DNA of 64,000 nt, taken from positions 806,001 through 870,000 of the forward strand of contig NC_086101.1 of NCBI RefSeq assembly GCF_963921235.1. Reading direction: 5' to 3'. This document shows positions 35,215-48,216 of the stretch, piece by piece. Numbering within the stretch: position 1 is the stretch's first letter; each line of letters starts with the position of its first letter. A program made the translations under genes and the position numbers. The notes under the pieces are model-generated. The model ran no database searches. It saw nothing but the letters and a program-made list of their open reading frames with translations, and had not been told where the DNA came from. This DNA comes from Mobula hypostoma (lineage: Eukaryota).

Positions 35215-38200
35215 AAACATAGAAACATAGAAGTCTGCAAAGCATTACAGGCCCTTTGGCCCACAGTGTTGAGACAAACATTTAACCTATTCTGGAAACT
35301 GCCTCAGATTTCCAAACTGTATATCCCTCTATTTTTCTAAGCTCCATGTACATATCTAAGAGTCTCTTAAAATACCTATTGTATTCACCTCTACCACCAT
35401 CGCCAGCAGTGCATTCCACGCACCCACCACTCTCTGTGTGAAAAACTTACCTCTGACGTTCTCCTTGTACCTACTTCCAAGCACCTTAAAACTGTGCCAC
35501 CTTATGTTAGTCAATTCATCCCTAGGAAAAGGCCTCTGGCTATCCACACAATCAATACCTCTCATCATTTTTTTACAGCTCTTTGAGGTCACCTCTCAAT
35601 TTCTGTCACTCTGAAGTTCACTTAACCCATTCTCATAAGGCATGTTGTCCAATCTATTCAACATCATTGTAAATCTCCTCTGCACACTTTATATAGTATC
35701 CACATCCTTCCTGTAATCAGGTGACCAGAACTAAACACTGTACTCCAAGTGGGGTCTAAATAATGTCTTATATGGTTGTAACATTACCTCACAGCTCATG
35801 AACTCAGTCCCATGTTTGATGTCCAACACACCATATGCCTTTCTTAACAACCATGTCAACCTGCATTTGAGTGTGCTATTGACATGGACCCCAAGATCTC
35901 ACTGATCCTCCACACTGCCAAGAGATCTAGCATTATATTCTCTCTTCAAGTTTGACCTACCAAAATGAACCACTGCAGCCTTATCTCAGTTGAACTCCAT
36001 CTGCCACTTCTCATCCCAGTTTTGCATCCCATCAATGTCCTGTTGTAACCTCTAACAGCTGTCCAGACTATTCACAATACCCCCAACTTCTGTGTCATCA
36101 GCAGACTTACCAACCAACCCTTCTACTTCCTCATCAAGGTCATTTATGAAAATTTCAAAGTGGAGGGTCCCAGAACAGATGCCTGCAGAACAACACTGGT
36201 CACCGTCCTCCTGGCAGAACATCAACCATTTACAACCACCCTTTCTTCTGTTTTTTCAATATTTTTATTAATTACTTGCATAGACGAATACAAAATGCAT
36301 TATGATATTATGGAAACAGAAACAAGATTGAAATGCCCCATGACTATGTATAGTAAATTAACCATAATATTGAAAAGGTATCTTTTCAAAACAAAAAAAA
36401 GAGAGAAAAAAGCAGCTGTTTGGTTAAGAGAAAAGAAGAAAAAATCTCTGACATAAAATCAGATACTCAAACATATAATAGCCATCATCATTGCTGAACC
36501 AATCGGAAATTGTGAACGTAGTTCCAAAAAGGTCCCCATAATCTGAAAAAGTCTTGTCTAGGTATAGAAATAGAAGACCTAATCTTCTCTGGATTTAACC
36601 ATGACATAATATCAATCAACCAATGGGCATGAGTAGGCAGAGCGGCGTCTTTCCATTTCAGCAACAAAACTCTTCTGGCTAAAAGAGAAATAAAAGCCAA
36701 AATATGCAAATCATTCGGCTTAAGAGTAAAATCATTTCCTCCAACAATGCAAAACAAGGCAGTCAGAGGGTTGGGTTTAATATTTACTTTAAAAGGCTCT
36801 GAGAAAGTTTGAAATACTTCTTTCCAAAATTTATCAAGCCATGGGCAGGACCAAAAGATACGAATTAGAGAGGCCTCTTTGACATTATACCTATTACAGT
36901 ATGGAGAAAAATCTGAGTGAAAATGAGAGAGCTTATCTTTAGTCATATAGGCTCTATGAACTACTTCAAATTATAAAAGAGAGTGACACGCACATAACGA
37001 AGAGTTGTGAACAAGTTTAAAACTTTCATTCCATGTATCCTCATCAAATGAAATCTGTAGGTCTTGTTCCCAGAGGTTTTTAATTTTGTATAACGGAATG
37101 TTTCTCATTGCCAAGAAGATACTATAAATATTAGAAATAGATCCATTATGAAAAGGTTTCAAAGTAAAAATTGTATCAACTAAATTCTTATCTGGACATT
37201 TAGGAAATGTATGAAGTTGAAGTCACTAATTTGTAAATATCTAAAAGAGTGAGCTTTACGAAGATTATATTTAATAGATAGTTGATCAAATGAGGAAAGA
37301 TATCTCCAACAATCCAACAAACAGATCCTGAAAACATTTAATACCTAGTCTACATCACTCTTTAAAAACTACGTCAGTCAAAGAAGGTGTAAAGCAAAAT
37401 TAGAAAAAATGGGACTAGAGAGTGAAAAACCAAATAACCCAAAGAATTTTCTAAATTGTAACCAAATCCTCAAAGAATGTTTAACTACATAATTATCAGT
37501 TAAATTACTTAAGGATAGAGGAATTGAAGAACCAAGAAGAGAAATAATAGAAAAATTATTCACAGAATTAACTTCTGAAGAAACCCAAACCAGACAGTCT
37601 TCACGATTAATGTAGTATAACCAAAACATAAGGTAGCATATGTTGACTGCCCAGTAGTAAAACCTAAAATTGGTTTGGGCTAATCCCCCATTTTTTTTTT
37701 TAGTTCTCTGAAGATGATCTTTGTATAATCGTATAATCGGGGGGGGGGCGGTATTCTTCCATAAGTAAGAAGATATAATCGAATCTAAAGAGTCAAAAAA
37801 GGATTTAGGAATAAATACAGGTAGGGCTTGAAATAAGTATGAAAAATAAGGCAAAATATTCATTTTAATAGTTAATACATCCAGTCAGTGATAAAGAAAG
37901 GGGAGACCAATTTGATAGTATCTTCTTAACATATTCCAAAAGAGAGATAAAGTTTTCTTTAAAAAGAAATTTATAATTCCTAGCAATTTTTATACCCAAA
38001 TAAGTAAATTGATTTCTTATAATTTTAGAAGGAAGGTCAGAGTTGACTGCTACCAAATTATTCAAAGGAAAAAGTTCACTCTTATGAAGGTTAAGTTTAT
38101 ATCCTGTGAACCGACTAAATTCAGAAAGTAAAGAGAGTATTGAGGGTAGAGAGGACTCCAAATTAGAGATGTAGAGCAAAAGGTTATCAGCATAAAGAGA

Positions 38201-38530
38201 CAACTTATGAGTGATACCCCTCCTTAAAATACCCGAGATGTCAACGGATTCACGAAACGCGATGGCTCAAAGGCTCTAAAGCCAAATCAAAAAACAAAGG
38301 ACTCAGAGGACATCCTTGTCTGGTTCCATGTTGGAGATTAAATGGTTTAGAACTCTGAGAGTTAGTATGAACCTGTGCAGTAGGAGATGAAACCACCCTT
38401 TCACAATTCCGGATCCACACAGCAAGGTCTCTTTGGATCCATGCCTCATTATTTTCTGATTGAGCCTCACATGGGGAATCTCATCAAAAGTCTTTCTGAA
38501 AGCCATGTACACTACATCCAATGCTCTACC
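35215..38530 (-). mobile_element. Old CR1 (35215-36245, 38390-38530) interrupted by an L1
   Basis: CR1 3' end and RT remnants on either side of the L1. Confidence 0.75.
36245..38300 (-). mobile_element. L1 LINE ORF2 3' part, decayed
   Basis: SLYADNLLLYIS, GYKLNLHKSE, YLFQALPVFIPKSFF, GGLAQTNFRFYYWA and C-terminal CNR...IFWSCP. Confidence 0.9.
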
Positions 38531-39412
38531 AGGACCTCCCAGTGATCACACATTTCAATTCCACGCACCAATTCCCATTCTGATATGTCTATCCATGGCC
38601 TCTTCTATTATCAAGGTGAAGCCACACTCAGGTTGGAGGAACAACACCTTGTATTCCGTCTGGGTAGCCTCCAACCTGATGGCATGAACATTGACTTCCC
38701 TAACTTCTATTAATGCCCCTCCTCCCCTTCTTACCCCATCCCTTATTTATTTATTATTTTTTATTTTTCCCCTTTCTTTCTCTCTCTTTTTTCTCCCTCT
38801 GTCCCTCTCACTATATCTTCCTTTGATGCTCCCCTCCCCCTTTCTTTCTCCCTAGGCCTCTCATCCCATGATCCTCTCCCTTCTCCAGCGTTGTATCTTC
38901 TTGCCTATCAGTTTGAGGATAAACTGGAAGCCTTTTAGGACCGAGATGAGGAAAAACTTCACATGGAGAGTGGTGAATCTGTGGAATTCTCTGCCACAGG
39001 AAACAGTTGAGGCCAGTTCATTCTATATATTAAGAGGGGGTTAGATATGGCCCTTGTGGCTAAAGGGATCGGGGGTATGGGGGGGAAGGCTGATACAGGG
39101 TTCTGAGTTGGATGATCAGCCATGATCATACTGAATGGCGGTGCAGGCTCGAAGGGCCGAATGGCCTACTCCTGCACCTATTTTCTGCGTTTCTATGTTT
39201 CTATCAACTTTCCAGCTCTTAGCTCCATCCCTCTCCATCCTGTCTTCTCCTATCATTTCAGATCTCTGCTCCCCTCCCACTTTCAAATCTCTTACTATGT
39301 CTTCTTTCAGTTGGTCCTGACGAAGGGTCTTGGCCTGAAACATCGACTGTATCTCTTCCTATAGATGCTGCCTGGCCTGCTGTGTTCCACCAGCATTTTG
39401 TGTGTGTTGCTC
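38530..39412 (+). mobile_element. Penelope-like 3' end/pLTR with nested CR1 3' fragment (about 38910-39200)
   Basis: GIY-YIG C-terminal remnant, hammerhead motif at 39313-39348, and CTATCA repeated around the CR1 insert. Confidence 0.8.
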
Positions 39413-40954
39413 TACATGTATCAGTGTGTTTTGTTCTTGTAAGGCACGACCTGCCCTTGATAAAGCCATGCTGACTATCCCTAATCAGATTGTCTCTCCA
39501 AATGCTCATAATCCTGCCTCTCAGGATCTTCTCCAACAACTTGCCCACCATTGAAGTAAGACTCACTGGTCTATAATTCCCTGGGTTATCTCTACTCCCT
39601 TTCTTTAACAAAGGAACAATGTTGTCCAATCCTCTAGTACTTCTGTCATCCCTATTGATGTGCAAAGACCATCGCCAGAGGCTCAGCAAACTCTTCCTCA
39701 CTTCCCACGGTAGCCTGGCGTATATCTCAACTTGAGATGAATGGGATAAAATTGTGATGCCAAAGGTCACATTTCAACATGTAAAATTATGAAAGGGATA
39801 GGTAAAATAGAGGCAGGAAAGTTGTTTCCACTGGAAGGTGAGACTAGAAACTAGAGGACATTACCTCAAGATTTGGGGGAAATTGGGATGGGGATGAGGA
39901 GGAACTGCTTTTCCCAGAGGGTCGTGAATCTGTGGATTTCTCTGCCCAATGAAGTAGTGGAACTTACCTCAGTAAATGTTTTTGAGAGAAGGTTGGATAG
40001 ATTTTGGCACAGTAGGGAGGTTAAGGGTTATGGGGAAAAGGCAGGTAGGTGGAGATGAGTCCATGGCCAGATCAGCCATGAACTTATTCAATGGTGGAGC
40101 AGGCTCGATGGGCCAGATGGCCGACTCCTGTTCCTATTTCTTATGATCTCACCACAGATTAAAATCTCTCCTGAAATATTGTCCTTCACCCATTGATGTC
40201 TTTTGCAAATATTTTTACAGGTTTGAAATCGCAGAACACTTGTGCACAGGAATCTTAAGCACAACAACACATCAGTTTTGCTGTCTCTGCCCAGATATTT
40301 AAGGAGTGACCAAATATTTTCTTTGCAACACCAACACATCTGTTGTCGATCCTTGGAGATGAAGAATTATCTCATCCCAGCTGGTGATGTATTCTGTCTC
40401 TGAAATGAAGTTTTCTGTTTTAACTCTGTGAAATCCACTGGAACCGGGAGCTGAGAACACACCAGCATTTGTTTACTGGAGATCAGTTCTTCAACTGCAT
40501 TGATTGTACAAGGGATTCAAAAGTCTGACGTTCTGAATTGCCAGAGAATTGATCATAGTGAGATATCATTCTCCTTCTCTCAGTGTGGGAAGAGATTCAC
40601 TCACAGGCTACCCGCAGACACGCCAGTGAGTTCACAGTGGGGAGAGGCCATTCACCCGCTCTGTGTGAGGGAGGGGAACCACTCAGTCATCCAGTCTGAA
40701 GATACGTCAGCAAGTTCACACCATAGTGAGATGCTCCACCTGTTCTGACTGAGGGAAGCAATTCATTCTGTCATTGATGTTAAAGATATATCAGAAAATT
40801 CACCAGTGAGGGGACATTTCTTAGACTGTAGGAAGGCATTGACACAATCAATCACAGTCACCAGCAAGTTCACACCATTCACGTCATCTGAATGTAGAAT
40901 CAGATTTATTTAGTCATCTCAACTGAACGAACGTCACGAGTTCACACTGAGAAG

Positions 40955-42649
40955 ATGCCGTTCACCTGCTCAGACTGTGGGAAGGAGTTCACTCGGTCCT
41001 TTAACCTACTGAGACACCAGTTGGTTCACACTAGGGAGAAACCATTCATCTGTTGTGACTGTGGGAAGGGATTCATTCGGTCATCGCAACTGAAGAAACA
41101 TCAGCGAATTCACACTGGGGAGAAACTGTTCACGTGTTCTGAATGTGGAAAGGGATTCATTCGGTCAAATCAACTGAAGGCACATCAGCGAGTTCACACT
41201 GGGGTGAGTCCATTCACCTGCTCTGAATGTGGGAAGGGATTCACATATTCATCCAAACTACAGAGACACCGGCTGGTTCACACTGGGGAGAGACCATTCA
41301 CCTGCTCTGAATGTGGGAAGGCATTCACTGAGTCATCCAAACTACAGACGCACCGGCTGGTTCACACTGGGGAGAAACCATTCACCTGCTCAGTCTGTGA
41401 GAAGGGATTCACTCGGTCATCTCAACTGAAGGAACATCAGCGAATTCACACCGGGGAAAAACCGTTCACTTGCTCAGACTGTGGGATGAAATTCACTCGT
41501 TTAACTCAACTGAACGTACATCAGCGAGCTCACACTGGGGAGAAACCATTCAGCTGCTCTGAATGTGGGAAGAGATTCACTTGGTCATTTCAACTACAGA
41601 AACACCATCAAATTCACACTCGGGAGAAACCACTCACCTGTTCTGAATGTGGGAAGAGATTCACTCGGTCAATCCAACTGAAGGCACATCAGCGAGTTCA
41701 CACTGGAGCGAGTCCACTCACCTGCTCTGAATGTGGGAAGGGATTCACATATTCATCCAAACTACAGAGACACCGGCTGGTTCACACTGGGGAGAGACTG
41801 TTCACCCGCTCACTATGTGAGAAGGGATTCACTCGGTCATCTCAACTGAAGGAACATCCGCGAATTCACACTGGGGAAAAACCATTCACTTGCTCAGTCT
41901 GTGGGATGAAATTCACTCATTTAACTCAACTGAACATACATCAACAAATTCACGCTGGGGAGAAACCATTCAGCTGCTCTGAATGTGGGAAGGGATTCAG
42001 TCGGTCATCTGACATGAAAATACATCAGCGAGTTCACACTGGAGAGATGTCATTCATCTGCTCAGACTGTGGAAAGCGATTCATTCGGTCATCTGAACTG
42101 AATGCACATGAGTGCTTTCACGCTGGGGAGAAACCGTTCATTTGCTCAGACAGTGGGAAAAGATTCACTTTTTCATTTCGTCTACTGAGACACCAGTTAG
42201 TTCACACTGGGGAGAAACCATTCATCTGCTCAGAATGTGGGAAGGTGTTTGCTGGGTCATCAGACTTGAAAATGCATCAGCGAGTTCACATGGGGGAGAG
42301 GCCGTTCACCTGCTCTGATTGTGGGAAGGAATTCAATCACTCATCCACACTACAGAGACACCGGCTGGTTCATACTGGGGAGAGGCCATTCACCTGCTCT
42401 GAATGTGGGAGGGGATTCACTCAGTCATCCAACCTTTTGTCGCATCAGCGAATCCACACTGGGGAGAGGCCGTTCACCTGCTCAGACTGTGGGAAGACAT
42501 TCGCTCACTCATCCACCCTACAGAGACACCAGCTGGTTCACACTGGGGAGAGACCGTTCACCTGCTCTGAATGTGGGAAGGGATTCACTCGGTCATCCAA
42601 GCTACAGAGACACCAGCTGGTTCACACTGGGGAGAAACCACCTTCTTAG
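40955..42649 (+). CDS. C2H2 zinc-finger protein B (20 finger repeats, 18 canonical, no effector domain visible)
   Basis: 564-aa open array; fingers 11 (C>R) and 15 (C>S) are degenerate. Preceded by an acceptor at 40219-40220 and a decayed-finger leader. Confidence 0.92.
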   Translation: MPFTCSDCGKEFTRSFNLLRHQLVHTREKPFICCDCGKGFIRSSQLKKHQRIHTGEKLFTCSECGKGFIRSNQLKAHQRVHTGVSPFTCSECGKGFTYSSKLQRHRLVHTGERPFTCSECGKAFTESSKLQTHRLVHTGEKPFTCSVCEKGFTRSSQLKEHQRIHTGEKPFTCSDCGMKFTRLTQLNVHQRAHTGEKPFSCSECGKRFTWSFQLQKHHQIHTREKPLTCSECGKRFTRSIQLKAHQRVHTGASPLTCSECGKGFTYSSKLQRHRLVHTGERLFTRSLCEKGFTRSSQLKEHPRIHTGEKPFTCSVCGMKFTHLTQLNIHQQIHAGEKPFSCSECGKGFSRSSDMKIHQRVHTGEMSFICSDCGKRFIRSSELNAHECFHAGEKPFICSDSGKRFTFSFRLLRHQLVHTGEKPFICSECGKVFAGSSDLKMHQRVHMGERPFTCSDCGKEFNHSSTLQRHRLVHTGERPFTCSECGRGFTQSSNLLSHQRIHTGERPFTCSDCGKTFAHSSTLQRHQLVHTGERPFTCSECGKGFTRSSKLQRHQLVHTGEKPPS

Positions 42650-42798
42650 ATTGTGGGAAGGGATTCACTTAGTCATCTGACTAGAAGCTACATCTGACAG
42701 GTCACACTGGGGACAGACTGTTACAACATAAGACCATAAGATGTAGGAGCAGGAGTAGGCCATTTGGCCCATCGAGTCTGCTCCGCCATGCAATCATG

Positions 42799-43563
42799 TG
42801 TCACGCAGGTGAGAAACTGCGAGAAAATTCGGCAGTCTAATGAGCAAGGAGGCAACTAAAAGAGAGAGAGGACTCTGACTTTGTTTTGATAATAGTTTTA
42901 ATTGTGTCCCTGAGAGAGTACGGCGCAAGCTGAGACGTGAGCTGAGAGGTCACCATGGTAACAGCTCAGAGCAGTTGAGCTAACGGACAGTTGGAATATT
43001 GGATGGATTATAAAAGTTGATCCTTTTGTCTGATAACGCAGAGGAGACACGACACGGGAGAACTGCGGAAGCTACCCAAGAAACCACTGGTGGAGTTTAA
43101 GACCACCACGAGGGTAGAGGCCACAGACCGATTAATTTCGACCCGTGATTACCAGTGCAGGTAAGAGCTTGCCTGTGGGGGTCGTGGGTTAGTAGACCGT
43201 TCCCGAAAAGGGGCTCTGTCCATCTGTGTGTGGGGGTCACATGAAGTGACTGAAGACTTCGGAAGCAAGAACAACTAAAGCTGCCAACTTGAACATCAAT
43301 TCAATTAACTCCCTCTCTCTCCATCAATTCAACTCGATGCAACACAAAGTGAACTGAACTGCCTAACCTTACCTGACCCCATAAGACTGATATCCACCTC
43401 CTGAACTATTATTTATTTGTAGTTTATAACCTGTATCGTATTATCTGGTTTAATGATATTAATTTGTAGTAGTAATAAATATAGTCTTCATTTACAGTAA
43501 ACCAGACTCCAGGTGTGTTCCATTTCTGCTGGACCTTTTCAACCCGTCACGAGGCTCGTGAAA
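42799..43563 (+). mobile_element. Solo LTR (Gypsy-type), sense to gene B
   Basis: TGTCACG...CGTGAAA ends, 4-bp TSD CATG and AATAAA at 43474-43479. The 3' part resembles the reverse complement of the 7316-8175 LTR. Confidence 0.85.
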
Positions 43564-44008
43564 CATGAGCTAATCCAGATCATCCCTACTCCCCTACCTC
43601 CTCCCTTTGACGCTCTGGCTAATCAATAACCTATCTTTCTCTGCCTTAAATGCACCCAGTGATTCGGCCTCCATAGCAGCTCGTGGTGACAAATTCTACA
43701 GACTTACCACCCTCTGATTAAAGTAATTGCTCCACATCTCAGACCATAAGATACAGAAGGTGGATGGAGCTGTTTACCCCATCGAGTCTGTTCCGTCATT
43801 TCATCAAGGCTGATCTAAATTTCCTCTCAGCCCCAATCCCATGCCCTGATCAGTCAAGAATCTGTCTACCTCTGCCTTAAAGGTACATAAAGAATTGGCC
43901 TCCACAGCTGCCCGCGGCAAAGAATTCAGCAAATTCACCACTCTCTGTCCAAAGGAATTCTTCCTCATCTCCGTTCTAAAAGGACACCCCTCATTTCTTC
44001 CTTCAGTT

Positions 44009-44044
44009 AGTCCTGACGAAGGGTCTCGGCCTGAAACGTCGACT
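44009..44044 (+). ncRNA. Minimal type I hammerhead ribozyme motif in a short pLTR insertion
   Basis: AGTC-CTGACGA-AGG gtctcgg CCT-GAAA-CG-TC-GACT: stem I, catalytic core, stem II, palindromic mini stem III and GUC cleavage triplet. Confidence 0.8.
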
Positions 44045-45229
44045 GCGCCTCTTCCTATAGATGCTGCCTGGCCTGCTGCGTTCACCAGCAACTTTGATGT
44101 GTGTTACCCCTCAATTCTGATGCTCTGTTCCCTGGTCATAGGCTCTTCCACTGCAGGAAGCATCCTTTCCACATCTGCTCAATCAAGCCCTTTCACAATT
44201 TGATAAGTTTCAATGAGATCAGGCTCAGGCCTATCAAACGCCCTTCATACGACAAGCCATTCAATCCCAGAATCTTTCTTTTGGGAACCTACTTTGAACT
44301 TTCGCCAGTTTCAGCACATTCTGTCTAAGATAAGGGGCCCAAACCAGTTCACAATACTCCAAGTGAGGCCTCACCAGTGATTATAAGCTTTCCAAATTAC
44401 ATCCTCACTTATATATTGTAGACCTCTTGAAATGAATACGAACATTGCATTTGCCTTCCTCACCACAGACTCAACCTGCAAATTAACCTTTAGGGAATCG
44501 TGAACATGGACTCCCCTTGTCCCTTTACACCTCAGTTGTTTGGTGTTTTCTTTCCATTTAGAAGAAAAAGTCAACACTTTTATTTCTACTACAGTGCATG
44601 AACATACACTTCCCAACACTGTATTCCATCTGCTATTTCTTTACCCATTCTCCAATCTGTCTAAGTCCTTCTGTAGCTTCCCCACTTAAAACTGCCTGCC
44701 CCTCCTCATGTCTTCATATCGTCTGCAAATTTTGTAACAAAACCATCAATTCCATCTTCCAAATTATTGGAATATAACGTAAAAAGTACCAGTCGGAACA
44801 CAGACCCCTGTGGGACATGACTAGTCACTGGAGGCCAACCAGAAATGGCTCCCTTTATTCTCACACTTTGCCTCCTACCAATCAGCCACTGCTTAATCCA
44901 TGCTGGAGTCTTCCATGTAATACCAAGGGCTCATAGCTTGTTAAACAGCCTCATGTATAGCACCATGTCAAAGGCCGCCTGAAAATCCAAGTATACATCA
45001 ACCAATTTTTCTTTTCTATCCTTCGGGTTGCCTTTTCAATGAATTCCACCAAAAGTTTCAGTTGTGGAAACCAATTCTCCTTTGTCTATCCTGCTTGTTA
45101 GTTCTTCAAAGAATGCCAACAAATCTGTCAGGCAAGATTGTCCCTTGAGTAAACAATGCTGACTGGCCTGCGGGCAGCGGTCGAGAATTAAATGCAGCGA
45201 CTTGCAGCAGTTTTTTGTTGGAGCTTTGA

Positions 45230-46048
45230 GCTGTGGCCAATAAGCATTTGGATTTAATCAGAAAGAAGAACTTAAAGTTGGGCAGGAGCAAGTGGAGCGG
45301 CCAATGTCAGAGTGAATAGAGTTGGAGTGGAGAATTTGATCCTGCACTCAGGGAAGGTATAATTAAGCTGAAGGTAATTTATTTACCCTCTTCTTTACAA
45401 TTCCTCAGTGAGAACAGTAGAGATTTTAGGCGGGGTAGTGGAAACCTCCTCTTGAGGGATGTGGGAAGGCAGGGAGAATTCCAGTGTCCCTGATGACTAC
45501 ATCTTCAAGAAGTGGATCCAGCCGCAGCTTCTAATAATCCACATTAAGTGGCTGGAACTGGATGAAAACCAGATCATTCTGGAGCCTTCAGGTGTGCTAG
45601 GCGATTCATTAGTTAATGAAACAGACTGGATGTTCTGTGGGTGAGAATGAGATTTCAGGATGGTATGTTACCTCCTCCTGTGTGCTAGGGTCTGGGGCAT
45701 CTCTGGTCGAGTGCTCAGCATTCTGAAGGAAGGTGAACAGTGAAAGTTGTGGTCCATGTGGGTACCAATGATATGGGCAGGTGGAGTAACGAGGTTCAGC
45801 AAAGGGGGTTCAGGGAGTCTGGTTCTAAGTTCAAGGGCAGCACATCCAGGCTTCTGATCTCAGGATTGCCACCTGTGCCACAGACCAGAAACAGGAAGAT
45901 TATACAGTTTAACACGTGGCTAAGGAGTTGGTGCAGGAGGGCCGTATAAGATTTTCAGATTATTTGAGCTAGCGAGGATTGTGTGTACAGGAGTGTGAGT
46001 GTGTTGGGGAAGAGGGTCATTGTTGATGGAGTGTGAGTCTTCAGACAG

Positions 46049-46082
<34 letters not shown>

Positions 46083-46470
46083 AACACATGCAGTGAAGTG
46101 AAAGGGAGGGCAGTGAGAAGGGAAAAGGGAAATGAGGAGGATGGTGTTAAGGGTTCCTTCACAAAGTCCCAGACTCACCCAGCCCTCCCCCTCTGGAATT
46201 GGTCCCATTCCCGACCCCAGGCTGGGGGTGAGCATTGAGTTGCCTTGCCAACAACAAATTGAATTGTTTGATAGCATCTGGTTAACAAACTTTGATAATA
46301 AATTTACGTTGAACTTGAACATTGAAATGTATTGTTTGAGAAACTTGTACTGATGAGAAATGATCTCAGTGAAGGTCCGAGAGTGGAAAATGAACCAGTG
46401 TTCAGCCCCACTGCTCTATGCCAGACAAGAACCCCTTTCAGAGTCTGTCCCATGTGTTTGTGCTTGACAC
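45230..46470 (+). repeat. Duplicated downstream block (CR1 ORF1 remnant plus non-TE-looking tail)
   Basis: Aligns by eye with 19850-21280, for example ccttcacaaagtcccagactcaccc...ctctggaattggtcccatt. Confidence 0.8.
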
Positions 46471-47047
46471 GCCTCACTGTAAAGTTTCCTCTTTCTGTAG
46501 CTGTCCCTGTGTGTTTTATTTTCCTTCTCAACCCCATTTTTCTGCCTTCTCCGCATGACCTTTGAAGTCTTCAATAATCAAACTCTCTTTTAAATATACC
46601 CATCGATGGCAAGGATCACCACTTGCTGGCTAAAGGGATTCCTCCTCATCACTCTAAATGCATGCACTCGAGTATTAGAAATTTTGACTCAGGGAGCATG
46701 ATGATACCAACTATCAACTCTATCTATCCATGTCTATCATAGTCTTGTCAAACTTTTTCGGGTCACTCCAAGCCTCCCCCGCCCCACTCCAGAGAAGCCT
46801 ATCGAAGTTTGACCGAGCTCAGCCCCTCAATCCAGACAACATCCCGGTGAACCTCTTCTGCAGCCTCTCCACTGTAGCACTATGATAGTGGAGAAAAGGG
46901 AAAACAGAGGCAAGGGAGAGGAGATGGCCAAAGTTGATTGGATTGGGACACTAGCAGGATAACACCATGGCAGCAATGGTTCGAGATTTCGGGCCAATGC
47001 AAAAGGCACAGGATAGATATATCCCAAAGATGAAGAAGTATTCTAAA

Positions 47048-48216
47048 ACAACAGGAATTCTGCAGATGCTGGAAATTCAAGCAACAGACATCAAAGTTGC
47101 TGGTGAACGCAGCAGGCCAGGCAGCATCTCTAGGAAGAGGTACAGTCGACGTTTCAGGCCGAGACCCTTCGTCAGGACTAACTGAAGGAAGAGTTAGTAA
47201 GAGATTTGAAAGTTGGAGGGGGAGGGGGAGATCCAAAATGATAGCAGAAGACAGGAAGGGGAGGGATGGAGCCAAGAGCTGGACAGGCGATAGGCAAAAG
47301 GGGATACGAGAGGATCATGGGACAGGAAGTCCGGAAAGAAAGACAAGTGGTGGGGGGAAACCCAGAGGATGGGCAAGGGGTATATTCAGAGGGACAGAGG
47401 GAGAAAAAGGAGAGTGAGAGAAAGAATGTGTGTATAAAAATAAATAACAGATGGGGTACGAGGGGGAGGTGGGGCATTAGCGGAAGTTAGAGAAGTCGAT
47501 GTTCATGCCATCAGGTTGGAGGCTACCCAGACGGAATATAAGGTGTTGTTCCTCCAACCTGAGTGTGGCTTCATCTTTACAGCAGAGGAGGCCGTGGATA
47601 GACATGTCAGAATGGGAATGGGATGTGGAATTAAAATGTGTGGCCACTTTTAATTCCACATCCCATTCCCCTATTCCACATCCCATTCCCCTTCTGACAT
47701 GTCTATCCACAGCCTCCTCTACTGTAAAGATGAAGCCACACTCAGGTTGGAGGAACAACACCTTATATTCCGTCTGGGTAGCCTCCAACCTGATGGCATG
47801 AACATCAACTTCTCTAACTTCCGCTAATGCCCCACCTCCCCCTCGTACCCCATCTGTTATTTATTTTTATACACACATTCTTTCTCTCACTCTCCTTTTT
47901 CTCCCTCTGTCCCTCTGAATATACCCCTTGCCCATCCTCTGGGTTCCCCCCGCCCCTTGTCTTTCTTCCCGGACCTCCTGTCCCATGATCCTCTCGTATC
48001 CCCTTTGCCAATCACCTGTCCAGCTCTTGGCTCCATCCCTCCCCCTCCTGTCTTCTCCTATCATTTTGGATCTCCCCCTCCCCCTCCAACTTTCAAATCT
48101 CTTACTAACTCTTCCTTCAGTTAGTCCTGACGAAGGATCTCGGCCTGAAACGTCGACTGTACCTCTTCCTAGAGATGCTGCCTGGCCTGCTGCGTTCACC
48201 AGCAACTTTGATGTGT
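47048..48216. mobile_element. Palindromic Penelope-like insertion (two inverted pLTR/GIY-YIG tails)
   Basis: Arms of about 550 bp are reverse complements around GTGGCCAC (near 47640-47647). 13-bp TSD GAAGTATTCTAAA. Hammerhead motifs at 47144-47179 (-) and 48123-48158 (+). Confidence 0.92.

Larger units (their letters stand above)
42727..45160 (-). mobile_element. Old CR1 fragments downstream of gene B
   Basis: Two CR1 3' tails (near 42727 and 43741) and RT remnants. Confidence 0.75.

Noticed and set aside
34900..35215. Unassigned sequence in intron B as a possible extra coding exon
   Set aside because: No counterpart seen in intron A, no clear splice-site pair and no recognisable domain; cannot be supported without RNA data.
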